54,288 nt of DNA from an uncultured Ktedonobacterales bacterium (GTDB lineage Bacteria; Chloroflexota; Ktedonobacteria; Ktedonobacterales; Ktedonobacteraceae), in the NCBI GenBank assembly GCA_966427955.1, contig CBJMBI010000001.1, positions 1 through 54,288 on the forward strand. Direction: 5' to 3'. Shown piece by piece: positions 23,731-32,335 of this stretch. Within the stretch, counting starts at the first letter, position 1. Each line of letters begins with the position of its first letter. The position numbers and the translations under genes are program-made. Below the pieces are notes generated by a model. It did no database searches and had not been told where the DNA came from. It saw nothing but the letters and a program-made list of their open reading frames with translations.

Positions 23731-24458
23731 TGCCTCTTGTTGCATGTGATGCAAGTCAACTCGAATGGCGGACAATATTGCAATTGTCCCAGGACCAAGT
23801 CGGGATCGCGGAGGTTGTTGAAGGCCAAGATACACACTCGCTTAATGAAAAAGCCTTCTCCCTTCCTTCTCGCCTTATTGCAAAGATCTACTTATTTCGT
23901 ACCATCTTCCGGGGTTCTGGATATGCATTCTCTGTTGATCCCGCCTTCATGCATGTATCCTCAGATCCAAAATATTGGGATGCTGTCGGAGAGAAGTTCT
24001 ATGCTAAATATTACGGGATCGATGCTCAACACAAATACTGGTGGGAAGTGGTGCAGCGAGGAGATCCAATCGTCGGTCCGACAGGTCGGCAGTGGACAAT
24101 CAATATTGGGAGAGATCGTTGGGGCAATCTCAAGATTCCTTGGACGACATTAACAAACTATCCAGTGCAGGGTACTGGTGCCGACGTGATGATGATTGCT
24201 CGCATCTCGTTCCACCGAAGATTGAAGGCGGCTGGTATTCCAGTTCTACTGGTCAGTACGGTACACGACTCAATCGTGGTAGATACACCGAGTATGTATG
24301 TGGATCATGTGGTGGAACTTATGTATTCTGTCTTCGACGATCTGGTGATTAACATTAACCGGACCTTTAAATGTGGGTGGAATGTTCCACTTGGATGTGA
24401 AGTGAAGGTGGGGCCAGATATGTTAAACATGAAGAAGGTAGATCGAAATGGCGTATGA
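23730..24458 (+). CDS. Family-A DNA polymerase, part 2 (motifs A, B and C)
   Basis: Begins with motif A, LVACDASQLEWR. Motif B-like SRLIAKIYLFRTIFRGSG. Motif C STVHDSIVVD. Confidence 0.9.
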   Translation: MPLVACDASQLEWRTILQLSQDQVGIAEVVEGQDTHSLNEKAFSLPSRLIAKIYLFRTIFRGSGYAFSVDPAFMHVSSDPKYWDAVGEKFYAKYYGIDAQHKYWWEVVQRGDPIVGPTGRQWTINIGRDRWGNLKIPWTTLTNYPVQGTGADVMMIARISFHRRLKAAGIPVLLVSTVHDSIVVDTPSMYVDHVVELMYSVFDDLVININRTFKCGWNVPLGCEVKVGPDMLNMKKVDRNGV

Positions 24459-24708
24459 ACGATGGTCGAATGGAAACTGGTATGCGTTCCATTCTTGCGA
24501 TAGTGGTGATACAAAGGATGACCAGGTTCTGAGTTTATGGTTTCGTTGGGGTCCATCAAAAGACTGGACTTATGCGGAGTTGTCCAACCTGGATCTAAAG
24601 ACTCTCGGGGATTTTTATCCGGATGCCTGGCCAAAAGATCTGGTTCGAGCACGTACTTTGATCGGTCAGTTCCTAGATGATATTGACAACGACTTTAAGA
24701 ATATATAA
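24448..24708 (+). CDS. Hypothetical protein
   Basis: 86 aa. Overlaps the pol part-2 end by 11 nt. Confidence 0.5.
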   Translation: MAYERWSNGNWYAFHSCDSGDTKDDQVLSLWFRWGPSKDWTYAELSNLDLKTLGDFYPDAWPKDLVRARTLIGQFLDDIDNDFKNI

Positions 24709-24729
24709 GATAGTAGTTTTACTAGGAGA

Positions 24730-25311
24730 ATGAATTTGCAGATTCAAGTTTTATCGACAAGTGTCGAAACCAAGCCGACAGCTAAGGGTAGTTACCAGAT
24801 TGCTGAAGTAGCATATAAGAATCTTACCTTCCAGGGTAAGGTGGAAGCCAAGAAGCTTATGTCTTTTGGGACGAATGCAGCAGCGTTTAAGGAAATGGTA
24901 CTGGCTCAAGCTGGTAGTGTGTGGGAAGTGGATGTGGTTAAGAATGAAAAGGGATATAACGATTGGGTAAAGGTGACGAAATCAACTGGCGCTGCACCAA
25001 ATGCTTCTGCACCACAAGGCACGTCCGCTCAGCGTGCTATCACGCCTACAAAGAGTGGGGGCAATTGGGAAACACCGGAAGAACGAGCCAAGAAGCAAGT
25101 GTACATCATTCGACAATCGAGTCTGAATGTGGCAACAACTGCTTTGACTGCAAGTGCAAAGACCGGGTATCAACCGACAGCTGATGAAATTATTGATCTC
25201 GCCAAGAAGTTGGAGAATTATGTATTGGATCTTAGTATTGCTGAACCTTGTGAAAAACAAGATACAAGTCTTGAAGCCGGTGGCGACGATCTCACGGATC
25301 TTCCGTGGTAA
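24730..25311 (+). CDS. Putative single-stranded DNA-binding protein
   Basis: Lies in the replication block. Has a Gly/Ala/Ser-rich linker and an acidic aromatic C-terminal tail, GGDDLTDLPW, analogous to the SSB ...DDDIPF. Confidence 0.5.
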   Translation: MNLQIQVLSTSVETKPTAKGSYQIAEVAYKNLTFQGKVEAKKLMSFGTNAAAFKEMVLAQAGSVWEVDVVKNEKGYNDWVKVTKSTGAAPNASAPQGTSAQRAITPTKSGGNWETPEERAKKQVYIIRQSSLNVATTALTASAKTGYQPTADEIIDLAKKLENYVLDLSIAEPCEKQDTSLEAGGDDLTDLPW

Positions 25312-25351
25312 ATTGATTGAGAATTTTCTACTTTTTTATAAGGTAATCGAT

Positions 25352-25594
25352 ATGTTTAATTTCTTTTCTAGTTTTAAGAATGATGTGAAGGCGTTTATGC
25401 AGGAAGTTAAGGACGCCTTTATTGCCGCGCATACACGCATTGCTGTGTTGGAGAATCAAGTTAAGACACTCATGGGGGATAAGGTAGATGCCGTCCAAGT
25501 CAAAGAAACAAGCCCGAACGATGGCAGCAGCAGCGCACAACCCGCAATTAGCCAAGAAACTGGGAATTCCACAGAAGGTAGCAAGGGAGTTTAA
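25352..25594 (+). CDS. Hypothetical coiled-coil protein
   Basis: ATG 25352 within track ORF 25154..25594. Confidence 0.45.
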   Translation: MFNFFSSFKNDVKAFMQEVKDAFIAAHTRIAVLENQVKTLMGDKVDAVQVKETSPNDGSSSAQPAISQETGNSTEGSKGV

Positions 25595-25645
25595 TCAAGC
25601 GGATAAGGGTACTGGTATCTTGAAGGAGAGTAAATCACGAAAGCG

Positions 25646-26326
25646 TTGATTGATGCCGACATTGTTGGCTACTCAGTAGCAGCTTATGTAGAGTCTTGGG
25701 ACGGTCCTTTCGAGGCGGTGCAAGTGGATATTGATAATCTTATGAAACGGATTATCGAGTCCACTGACAGTGATTCTTATCTCGCTGTACTTACTGGTGA
25801 CGATACTTACCGATACGAGATTTATCCTGAATACAAAGCCAATCGAAAAGGAAAACCTCGACCAGTCTATTTGGAAGATGCACGAGCACATCTCGTCACA
25901 GCTTGGGGAGCTATCCTCACTTCTGAAATCGAGGCAGATGACCGTCTTGGAATTGAACAGTGTAGTGAAGAGTTTGGAACGACTGTTATCTGCTCTATCG
26001 ACAAAGATCTAAAGCAAATTCCGGGCTATCATTTCAATTGGAGAAAGAATGAACGTGATCTTGTTACTCCATTGGATGGGTTACGTACTTTCTATCGTCA
26101 GCTTCTTACTGGTGATACCGCTGATAATATTCCTGGGGTGGGTGGTATTGGTCCCGTTAAGTCAGCCCGGGCTATCGATCACCTCGAAGATGAATTTGAT
26201 ATGTACGAGACTTGCAAATACTTTTACGGTCCTGAAAGGTTAGAGGATATGCACCGTAACGCAAAGCTTCTATATATCTGGAAGAAGGAAAACGATGAAT
26301 GGAGCCCGCCTAATGCAAATAACTGA
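25646..26326 (+). CDS. 5'-3' exonuclease / flap endonuclease (PIN-like 53EXO)
   Basis: LIDADIVGY, YPEYKANRKGKPRP, EADDRLG, SIDKDLKQIP and LLTGDTADNIPGVGGIGPVKSA. The first canonical start is TTG 25646, but see the finding on a possible ATC 25634 start. Confidence 0.85.
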   Translation: MIDADIVGYSVAAYVESWDGPFEAVQVDIDNLMKRIIESTDSDSYLAVLTGDDTYRYEIYPEYKANRKGKPRPVYLEDARAHLVTAWGAILTSEIEADDRLGIEQCSEEFGTTVICSIDKDLKQIPGYHFNWRKNERDLVTPLDGLRTFYRQLLTGDTADNIPGVGGIGPVKSARAIDHLEDEFDMYETCKYFYGPERLEDMHRNAKLLYIWKKENDEWSPPNANN

Positions 26327-26495
26327 ACGTCAACTTGAGGATATTTGTATTGCACTAATGGTAGCAAAAGATTCACATAATCGTTATCGATTAGATCTAG
26401 GACAACTTTCAGCTTATATCTTTGAGGAATGGAAAGAAACCGGGGGAGTAGTATTTGACATCATTACCACGAAAGAAAAGTCTAAAGAAACATAA
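26295..26495 (+). CDS. Hypothetical protein
   Basis: 66 aa. AAGGAA 5 nt upstream. Confidence 0.45.
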   Translation: MNGARLMQITERQLEDICIALMVAKDSHNRYRLDLGQLSAYIFEEWKETGGVVFDIITTKEKSKET

Positions 26496-26832
26496 TTACA
26501 AGAGCAATTTCGAAGCTGAATTCGCCAAGCGCTATCCACAAGTAAAATATGAAAGTGATGTGCTTGAGTATCACGTAGTTCACAAATACCATCCAGATTG
26601 GAAGATCAAGGAAAATACTTACATTGAGACAAAGGGTCTATGGACGGCCCAAGATCGTGCCAAGCATCTCCACATTAAAGAACAACATCCGGAGGTGACT
26701 GTCTATCTCGTATTTATGAATCCTCGCAATAAGCTCAGCCGAGTCTCGAAGACTACATATGGTGAGTGGGCCACTAAGCATGGAATTCCTTGGGCTACTC
26801 TGGATACAATTCCGGAGGAATGGTTCAAGTAA
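26455..26832 (+). CDS. T7-type endonuclease I (Holliday junction resolvase)
   Basis: YHPDWKIKENTYIETKGLWTAQDRAKHLHIKEQHPEVTVYLVF...TTYGEWATKHGIPWA closely parallels T7 gp3 as I recall it (...FVETKGLWESDDRKKHLLIREQHPELDIRIVF...). TTG start with GGGGGAG upstream. Confidence 0.85.
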   Translation: MTSLPRKKSLKKHNYKSNFEAEFAKRYPQVKYESDVLEYHVVHKYHPDWKIKENTYIETKGLWTAQDRAKHLHIKEQHPEVTVYLVFMNPRNKLSRVSKTTYGEWATKHGIPWATLDTIPEEWFK

Positions 26833-26833
26833 T

Positions 26834-27025
26834 ATGGAAATCAAAAAAGTAGTTGAACGCCAAGACGGCAGTGTAGTTTTCCAAGGGATTCTTGAGGGAC
26901 CGGAATTAGCATTTGTAATTGAGTGCGGCTTAGATGCGATTTTTCAAATGACTAACAGTCCCTTTATCAGTACACAGAACCATGATCTTTGTGATCTTCA
27001 TGAGTTACCGGAAGGAGAACAATGA
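26834..27025 (+). CDS. Hypothetical protein
   Basis: ATG 26834 within track ORF 26759..27025. Confidence 0.45.
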   Translation: MEIKKVVERQDGSVVFQGILEGPELAFVIECGLDAIFQMTNSPFISTQNHDLCDLHELPEGEQ

Positions 27026-27156
27026 CGTTTGATCGATTAGCTTGGCAGAGAGAACATAGACGTAGGAATGCAAATTCCGATATTGGTAATATGGAATGGG
27101 TAACTATGTCAGAAAATAGTCGTCGAGGTGCTTTAGCGAGACACAATAAAAATTGA
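27022..27156 (+). CDS. Possible 44-aa basic protein
   Basis: MTFDRLAWQREHRRRNANSD... ATGA overlap upstream; its stop overlaps the next start. Confidence 0.3.
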   Translation: MTFDRLAWQREHRRRNANSDIGNMEWVTMSENSRRGALARHNKN

Positions 27157-27917
27157 AAACTCACGTCATTATTCCAGATACACAAATTCGTCCAGGAGAT
27201 TCTTTAGATTTTATTGAACGAATTGGATGTTATATTCGAGATAAACAGCCCGATGTTGTAGTTTGTATTGGCGATTGGGCAGATATGCCATCATTGAGTT
27301 CTTATGATAAAGGCAAAAAGACTTTTGAAGGTCGGCGATATGTAGCTGATATCGAAGCTGCGCGGGAGGGAATGCGGAGGTTATTTCAACCGATTCATGA
27401 CTACAATATTCGTCAACGAAAGAATGGTAAAAAGCAATATAAGCCAGATTATTATCTCACTTTAGGAAATCACTGTGATCGTATCATTCGTGCTATTAAT
27501 GACGATCCTAAACTTGATGGGACTATTGGGATCAATGATTTGGGTTATGAAGAGTTCGGTTGGAAGGTTTCACCTTTTCTGGAGGTTGTTGTTATTGATG
27601 GTATTGCTTATAGCCATTATTTTAGCTCCGGTGTTCTCAACAAACCTATATCATCTGCTCAGCTTCTTCTTAATAAAAAACATATGTCTGTGATCGCCGG
27701 GCATCAACAGGGCAGACAGACTGCTACTGCTTATAGGGCAGATGGTAAACGAATCACTGGAATTATTGCTGGTAGTTGCTATGAGCATGATGAAGATTAT
27801 ATGGGTCCCCAAGGTAACAATCATTGGCGAGGTTTGGTTCATCTTCACGAAGTAAACGACGGTGAATTCGATGAAATGTTTGTCAGTTTAGATTATTTAA
27901 AAAGACGATATGGATGA
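27153..27917 (+). CDS. Calcineurin-like metallophosphoesterase
   Basis: IIPDTQI, CIGDWADM, LGNHCDR and GHQQG. Confidence 0.75.
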   Translation: MKTHVIIPDTQIRPGDSLDFIERIGCYIRDKQPDVVVCIGDWADMPSLSSYDKGKKTFEGRRYVADIEAAREGMRRLFQPIHDYNIRQRKNGKKQYKPDYYLTLGNHCDRIIRAINDDPKLDGTIGINDLGYEEFGWKVSPFLEVVVIDGIAYSHYFSSGVLNKPISSAQLLLNKKHMSVIAGHQQGRQTATAYRADGKRITGIIAGSCYEHDEDYMGPQGNNHWRGLVHLHEVNDGEFDEMFVSLDYLKRRYG

Positions 27918-28116
27918 TAACGATTGGAAACGGTTTGAGGAACTTGTGTACCAAGCTGGTGGGGTTCTTCACGATGGGAGTGCCCTTACACAAGACCAAG
28001 CAGCACATGCAATGTCTTTCCACACTTTAGGATTAGCGATTCTTGATTTATTGGCCCGATTTAACGCTACCCCCAATCAACCTGAACAACGTAGGATCAT
28101 TGTACCGCATGGCTGA
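27910..28116 (+). CDS. Hypothetical protein
   Basis: 68 aa. Confidence 0.4.
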   Translation: MDDNDWKRFEELVYQAGGVLHDGSALTQDQAAHAMSFHTLGLAILDLLARFNATPNQPEQRRIIVPHG

Positions 28117-28474
28117 ACTACAACAGTTAATTGGACGTAAAGAGGATCATGAAAAGCCTCGAATGGATCTACTTGATCCTTGGGCATTGGAGGGGTTGGC
28201 TGCCGTACTTACCTTTGGTGCCAGAAAATATGAAGCCTATAACTGGGCACATGGAATTCACTATAGTCGGTTGGTTGCTGCTTTGGAGCGCCATCTTGGG
28301 TCTATCAAGAAAGGTGAGTATATTGATGGCGAAAGCGGGTTACCTCACATTGATCATCTTGGTTGTTGTTGGTTGTTTCTTTCTGCTCTTATGAAAAAGG
28401 ATCCAAAACAACCTTGGGACGATTTACCATATGGACCACATGGCATACTCCGAGCACAAAAAGAAAATCTATAA
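28109..28474 (+). CDS. dATP/dGTP diphosphohydrolase N-terminal-domain-like protein (DUF5664-type)
   Basis: KPRMDLLDPWALEGLAAVLTFGARKYEAYNWAHG matches the family signature as recalled. ATG 28109 within track ORF 28043..28474. Confidence 0.6.
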   Translation: MAELQQLIGRKEDHEKPRMDLLDPWALEGLAAVLTFGARKYEAYNWAHGIHYSRLVAALERHLGSIKKGEYIDGESGLPHIDHLGCCWLFLSALMKKDPKQPWDDLPYGPHGILRAQKENL

Positions 28475-28616
28475 ACAACATTATGATAACAATAAGCAAG
28501 AACTTTTAGCCCGTAATAAAAAGTGGGCTGAAGATAATTTTGAGAAATATATTTTGAATAATTTCAAGCGGCGTCCTGACTTGAATGACTTATGGATACC
28601 TGATGACAATCATTAA
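28431..28616 (+). CDS. Hypothetical protein
   Basis: 61 aa, Lys-rich. Confidence 0.4.
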   Translation: MDHMAYSEHKKKIYKQHYDNNKQELLARNKKWAEDNFEKYILNNFKRRPDLNDLWIPDDNH

Positions 28617-28962
28617 AATGTTAAAAGATATGGAAGCTACGGGCCAGTTTAACTATTACCAGCACGAAGCAAGTACATTTGCGAAGTACCCTAAAGAAGG
28701 TGATAAACCCGAGTTAATGTATTTAGCATTAGGGCTTACGGGTGAATCTGGTGAAGTGGCTGAGAAAATTAAGAAATTCTATCGGGACGGATCTTTAGAT
28801 CGTGACAATTTAGCTAAAGAGCTTGGTGATGTTCTTTGGTATCTTAGTCAGATTGCACGACATATTAGTTGGGATTTAAACAGTATTGTTGATTTAAATC
28901 TTTCTAAACTTCATAGTCGAAAAGAACGTGGAGTATTAGGTGGATCAGGTGACGACCGTTAA
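28603..28962 (+). CDS. mazG: MazG-like nucleoside triphosphate pyrophosphohydrolase
   Basis: LALGLTGESGEVAEKIKK and KELGDVLWYL (the EXXE...D motifs). The start is uncertain (28585, 28603 or 28618). Confidence 0.85.
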   Translation: MTIIKMLKDMEATGQFNYYQHEASTFAKYPKEGDKPELMYLALGLTGESGEVAEKIKKFYRDGSLDRDNLAKELGDVLWYLSQIARHISWDLNSIVDLNLSKLHSRKERGVLGGSGDDR

Positions 28963-29278
28963 AAAGATTTATGTGGCCGGTCCAATGACGGGATACCCGG
29001 AGTGGAATTTCCCGGCATTTAATTTTGTGTCTTCTGGATTGCGTAGTGTAGGGTGGAAAGTGGTAAATCCAGCTGAACTGAATATCGGTTGTCAAGATGA
29101 CTGGAAAGCATGTATGATTGAAGATATTAGACAATTAATGACGTGTGATGCAATCTTTATGTTAAATGGTTGGAAGCAATCCAAGGGAGCTTCTCTTGAA
29201 CATCACATTGCAAAAGAACTGGGGTTAAAGGTGTATTATGAACAAGATTATTTCCGAGAAAACAATCGAGGAACTTAA
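28949..29278 (+). CDS. DUF4406 / nucleoside 2-deoxyribosyltransferase-like protein
   Basis: KKIYVAGPMTGYPEWNFPAF and WKQSKGASLEHHIAKELGL. GTG 28949 with AGGTGG 5 nt upstream. Confidence 0.75.
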   Translation: MTTVKKIYVAGPMTGYPEWNFPAFNFVSSGLRSVGWKVVNPAELNIGCQDDWKACMIEDIRQLMTCDAIFMLNGWKQSKGASLEHHIAKELGLKVYYEQDYFRENNRGT

Positions 29279-29435
29279 GGAGAAGTTGATTCAATGTGAC
29301 GAGTTGACTATCCTGGAACTTCTCGATATTACTAGTGAAGAGTTGGTTGAGTTTCTTCACGACCAGATTGAATATAAGTACGATGAATTGATTGAGTATT
29401 TCGATGAAAACGAATTCGATGCGGACGAAGCGTAA
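29238..29435 (+). CDS. Hypothetical acidic protein
   Basis: 65 aa. Confidence 0.4.
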   Translation: MNKIISEKTIEELKEKLIQCDELTILELLDITSEELVEFLHDQIEYKYDELIEYFDENEFDADEA

Positions 29436-29577
29436 ACAAAAGAACGAAGCAGAAGCAGCTGAAGATCGTCGAGAGATTGACGATTTTCTCCACGAACAAT
29501 ATTTGAACCGGGCCAAAGCTCGTGAGATTCTTGAGGATTATTTTGAAGGAAAAGAAAATACTGGTGAACGGGAATGA
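29392..29577 (+). CDS. Hypothetical protein
   Basis: 61 codons. The start may be ATG 29404. Confidence 0.35.
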   Translation: MSISMKTNSMRTKRKQKNEAEAAEDRREIDDFLHEQYLNRAKAREILEDYFEGKENTGERE

Positions 29578-29860
29578 TTTATTTCCCCGAAGACCTTGGT
29601 GGCAATTTAAAAAAGGCGAAGCATTTGATTATACAAATGCAAAGTTGGCTCAGCCGGAATCGAAGCTCTTAGATGATGGTGGTTGGGATATCACATACAT
29701 GATCAAACCCGAAGGTGAGCCAGTAAAAATGCACGATGGGTTTTATAATGCCATCAAGTTGGGGGTTTGGTGGACGTTCCGACTGGATATTCGACGTTTT
29801 CATTTTTATTTTCGATATCGCAGTTGGACAACGAATATTTTCTATATTACATGGGACTAA
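29543..29860 (+). CDS. Hypothetical protein
   Basis: TTG 29543 with GAGGA 5 nt upstream, within track ORF 29522..29860. Confidence 0.4.
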   Translation: MKEKKILVNGNDLFPRRPWWQFKKGEAFDYTNAKLAQPESKLLDDGGWDITYMIKPEGEPVKMHDGFYNAIKLGVWWTFRLDIRRFHFYFRYRSWTTNIFYITWD

Positions 29861-29866
29861 ATTAAT

Positions 29867-31744
29867 TTGAATGACCTTCAGTATTACGTTTATAAATCGC
29901 GGTACGCCCGGTGGATTCCCGAACTTGGGCGACGTGAGCATTGGGGAGAAACAGTAGCACGGTATTGTGATTTCTGGAAGCAGCGTTATCCCGATATCTT
30001 TTCTTATCAAGAAGTCTTTGATGCCATTTATCAAATGGAAGTGATGCCTTCCATGCGAGCATTGATGACTGCTGGAGAGGCCTTGGAACGGGATAATATC
30101 GCCGGATACAATTGCTCGTATATCCCAATCATTGATTACAAGTGTTTCGATGAAGTCATGTACATTCTTATGAATGGTACAGGTGTCGGGTTCTCCGTAG
30201 AACGACAATACATTAATAAACTTCCGGAGGTCCCTGACAAGATCTATGATAGCGAAACAACCATTGTTGTGGCTGACAGTAAGCAGGGCTGGGCCAGTGC
30301 ATTTAGACAACTCGTATCCCTTCTATATTCAGGCCAAGCGCCACGATGGGATCTATCTCGAATTCGTCCTGCCGGTGCAAGACTCCGAACGTTTGGTGGA
30401 CGTGCTAGTGGACCTGATCCGCTGGCCGAGCTTTTCCGATTTACAGTCTCCTTATTCCGACAAGCCGTTGGACGAAAATTAACTTCTTTGGAATGCCATG
30501 ATCTTGTTTGCAAAATTGCTCAAATCGTTGTCGTTGGTGGTGTTCGACGCAGTGCTCTCATTTCTCTCAGCAATCTTACAGATGAGCGCATGCGTAATGC
30601 AAAAAATGGGGCTTGGTGGGAATCTTCCGGTCAGCGTGCTCTTGCTAACAATTCGGTTGCATACACTGAGACTCCGGATGTGGGGATCTTCTTAAAGGAA
30701 TGGCATGCCCTCTATGAAAGTAAGTCAGGAGAACGTGGAATATTTAACCGAGTATCTGCGCGAAAGCAGGCAGAAGCTACAGGACGTAGAGAGATTGACT
30801 GGGACTTTGGAACGAATCCTTGTGGGGAAATTATCCTGCGACCTTTCGGTTTTTGCAATCTTACAGAATGCGTCCTACGATCTAATGATACAATCCAAGA
30901 TCTTAAGCGAAAGGTTCGAATTGCTTCGATCCTTGGCACGTTCCAGTCGACTCTCACAGACTTCCGATACATCCGAAAACAGTGGAAAGTGAATGCTGAA
31001 GAAGAACGTCTTCTGGGTGTATCCCTTACTGGTATTATGGATCATCCTGTACTCAATGGGTCTGGGAACGAAGATCTTAAAGTCCTTCTCACGGAATTAA
31101 AGAATGAAACTATTACCACAAACGCCGAGTGGGCTGCTAAGCTTGGGATCAATCCTTCTGCTGCTATCACTACAGTTAAGCCCTCCGGAACTGTCTCACA
31201 GTTGGTTGATTCCAGTAGTGGTATTCATCCAAGGCATAATCCTTACTATATCCGAACAGTAAGAGCGGACGTAAAAGATCCATTGGCAGTATTTCTTAAA
31301 GACAAAGGAGTTCCTTGTGAAGTTGATGTCACTAATTCTTCCAATTACGTATTTAGTTTCCCTGTTGCTGCTCCTAGTGGAAGCACGACACGGAACGAAA
31401 AGTCTGCTATTGACCAGCTTGGTCATTATCTCATTTTTAAGCGGTATTGGTGTGAGCATAATCCTTCTATTACAGTCTATGTAAAAGAACATGAATGGTT
31501 TGACGTTGGCGCATGGGTATATCGCCATATGGATGACATTGGTGGAGTATCCTTTTTGCCTCATAGTGAACACGTATATCAACAAGCCCCATATCAAGAC
31601 ATCACAGAGGAACAGTATAATCTGCTTAGGGATTCTTTTCCTAAACTTGATTGGGGTTCTTTTGATGAGTATGAATTAGATGAAGACACCACACAAGGTG
31701 CTAAAGAGTATGCCTGTTCGGCGGGGAGTTGCGAAATTCTATGA
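29867..31744 (+). CDS. Ribonucleotide reductase, probably class II (adenosylcobalamin-dependent, monomeric type)
   Basis: SMRALMTAG, NPCGEIILRPFGFCNLTE, TTVKPSGTVSQL, and a C-terminal Cys pair CSAGSCEIL. No separate beta subunit is encoded. Confidence 0.8.
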   Translation: MNDLQYYVYKSRYARWIPELGRREHWGETVARYCDFWKQRYPDIFSYQEVFDAIYQMEVMPSMRALMTAGEALERDNIAGYNCSYIPIIDYKCFDEVMYILMNGTGVGFSVERQYINKLPEVPDKIYDSETTIVVADSKQGWASAFRQLVSLLYSGQAPRWDLSRIRPAGARLRTFGGRASGPDPLAELFRFTVSLFRQAVGRKLTSLECHDLVCKIAQIVVVGGVRRSALISLSNLTDERMRNAKNGAWWESSGQRALANNSVAYTETPDVGIFLKEWHALYESKSGERGIFNRVSARKQAEATGRREIDWDFGTNPCGEIILRPFGFCNLTECVLRSNDTIQDLKRKVRIASILGTFQSTLTDFRYIRKQWKVNAEEERLLGVSLTGIMDHPVLNGSGNEDLKVLLTELKNETITTNAEWAAKLGINPSAAITTVKPSGTVSQLVDSSSGIHPRHNPYYIRTVRADVKDPLAVFLKDKGVPCEVDVTNSSNYVFSFPVAAPSGSTTRNEKSAIDQLGHYLIFKRYWCEHNPSITVYVKEHEWFDVGAWVYRHMDDIGGVSFLPHSEHVYQQAPYQDITEEQYNLLRDSFPKLDWGSFDEYELDEDTTQGAKEYACSAGSCEIL

Positions 31745-31896
31745 TGTTACAAGTGATGCCCATTAAGGGCTTTTCTGTTGGTATTGAGTATGATGAACGT
31801 GAGGATTTTGGATTCCTCATTAATTGTGATCTAGGTCTTCTGAGATTTACTTGGTTTAAAGATTTAGATATTGAAGACGACGAAGGGGACGATTAA
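31741..31896 (+). CDS. Possible 51-aa acidic protein
   Basis: MMLQVMPIKGFSVGIEYDEREDFGFLINCDLGLLRFTWFKDLDIEDDEGDD. ATGA overlap with the RNR stop. Confidence 0.35.
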   Translation: MMLQVMPIKGFSVGIEYDEREDFGFLINCDLGLLRFTWFKDLDIEDDEGDD

Positions 31897-31903
31897 GTCC
31901 CCT
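31884..31903. terminator. Hairpin at the convergence point of the two transcription arms
   Basis: AGGGGAC-GATTAA-GTCCCCT lies between the last plus-strand ORF and the endolysin stop. No clear T tract on either side. Confidence 0.35.
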
Positions 31904-31908
31904 CCTTA

Positions 31909-32334
31909 TTATTGATTAGCTTCAATAAACTTGACTAGATCGTTTACCCGATTAAGCCAGCCATTTAGGTATTTGCCTAAGGCTGGTTTTTGTTTTACTA
32001 AATTAGTATAGTAATCTTTACGGAGTTGAATAAATTGTCTCCAGTCCTTAGTTTCATTGAGAAACTGCTTAGCACGGGATACACCCATGTTCACGGCACA
32101 GTCCAATGCCGCACACGCGAGGGACGGGTCGAGAGTATCCCCGCCTATGGCATTCCAATAGTCACGCTGATAGATCGCTTGCGCAGCTTGCTTGGTGAGG
32201 TTTTTGATATCGACGTTCGGGTAACTGTGTTTGCTGATCCCGAAGTTGGTCTCCCCTCCCGGATCATCCACATCGTTAACATAACCACCCTCCCATTTAA
32301 AAATGAAGGTCATATCGATTCCGAAAGTTAACAT
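31909..32334 (-). CDS. Endolysin, glycoside hydrolase family 108 with a PG_binding_3-like C-terminus
   Basis: FKWEGGYVNDVDDPGGETNFGIS, the hallmark EGGY...DPGG.T..GI motif. Confidence 0.85.
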   Translation of the reverse strand: MLTFGIDMTFIFKWEGGYVNDVDDPGGETNFGISKHSYPNVDIKNLTKQAAQAIYQRDYWNAIGGDTLDPSLACAALDCAVNMGVSRAKQFLNETKDWRQFIQLRKDYYTNLVKQKPALGKYLNGWLNRVNDLVKFIEANQ

Positions 32335-32335
32335 T

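Noticed and set aside
27153-29278. A Z-genome (2-aminoadenine) or other base-replacement system, suggested by the MazG and dATP/dGTP-hydrolase-like genes.
   Set aside because: No PurZ-like adenylosuccinate-synthetase homolog, no HD-type DatZ, and no DpdA, hydroxymethylase or DNA-glycosyltransferase signature was seen in any ORF.
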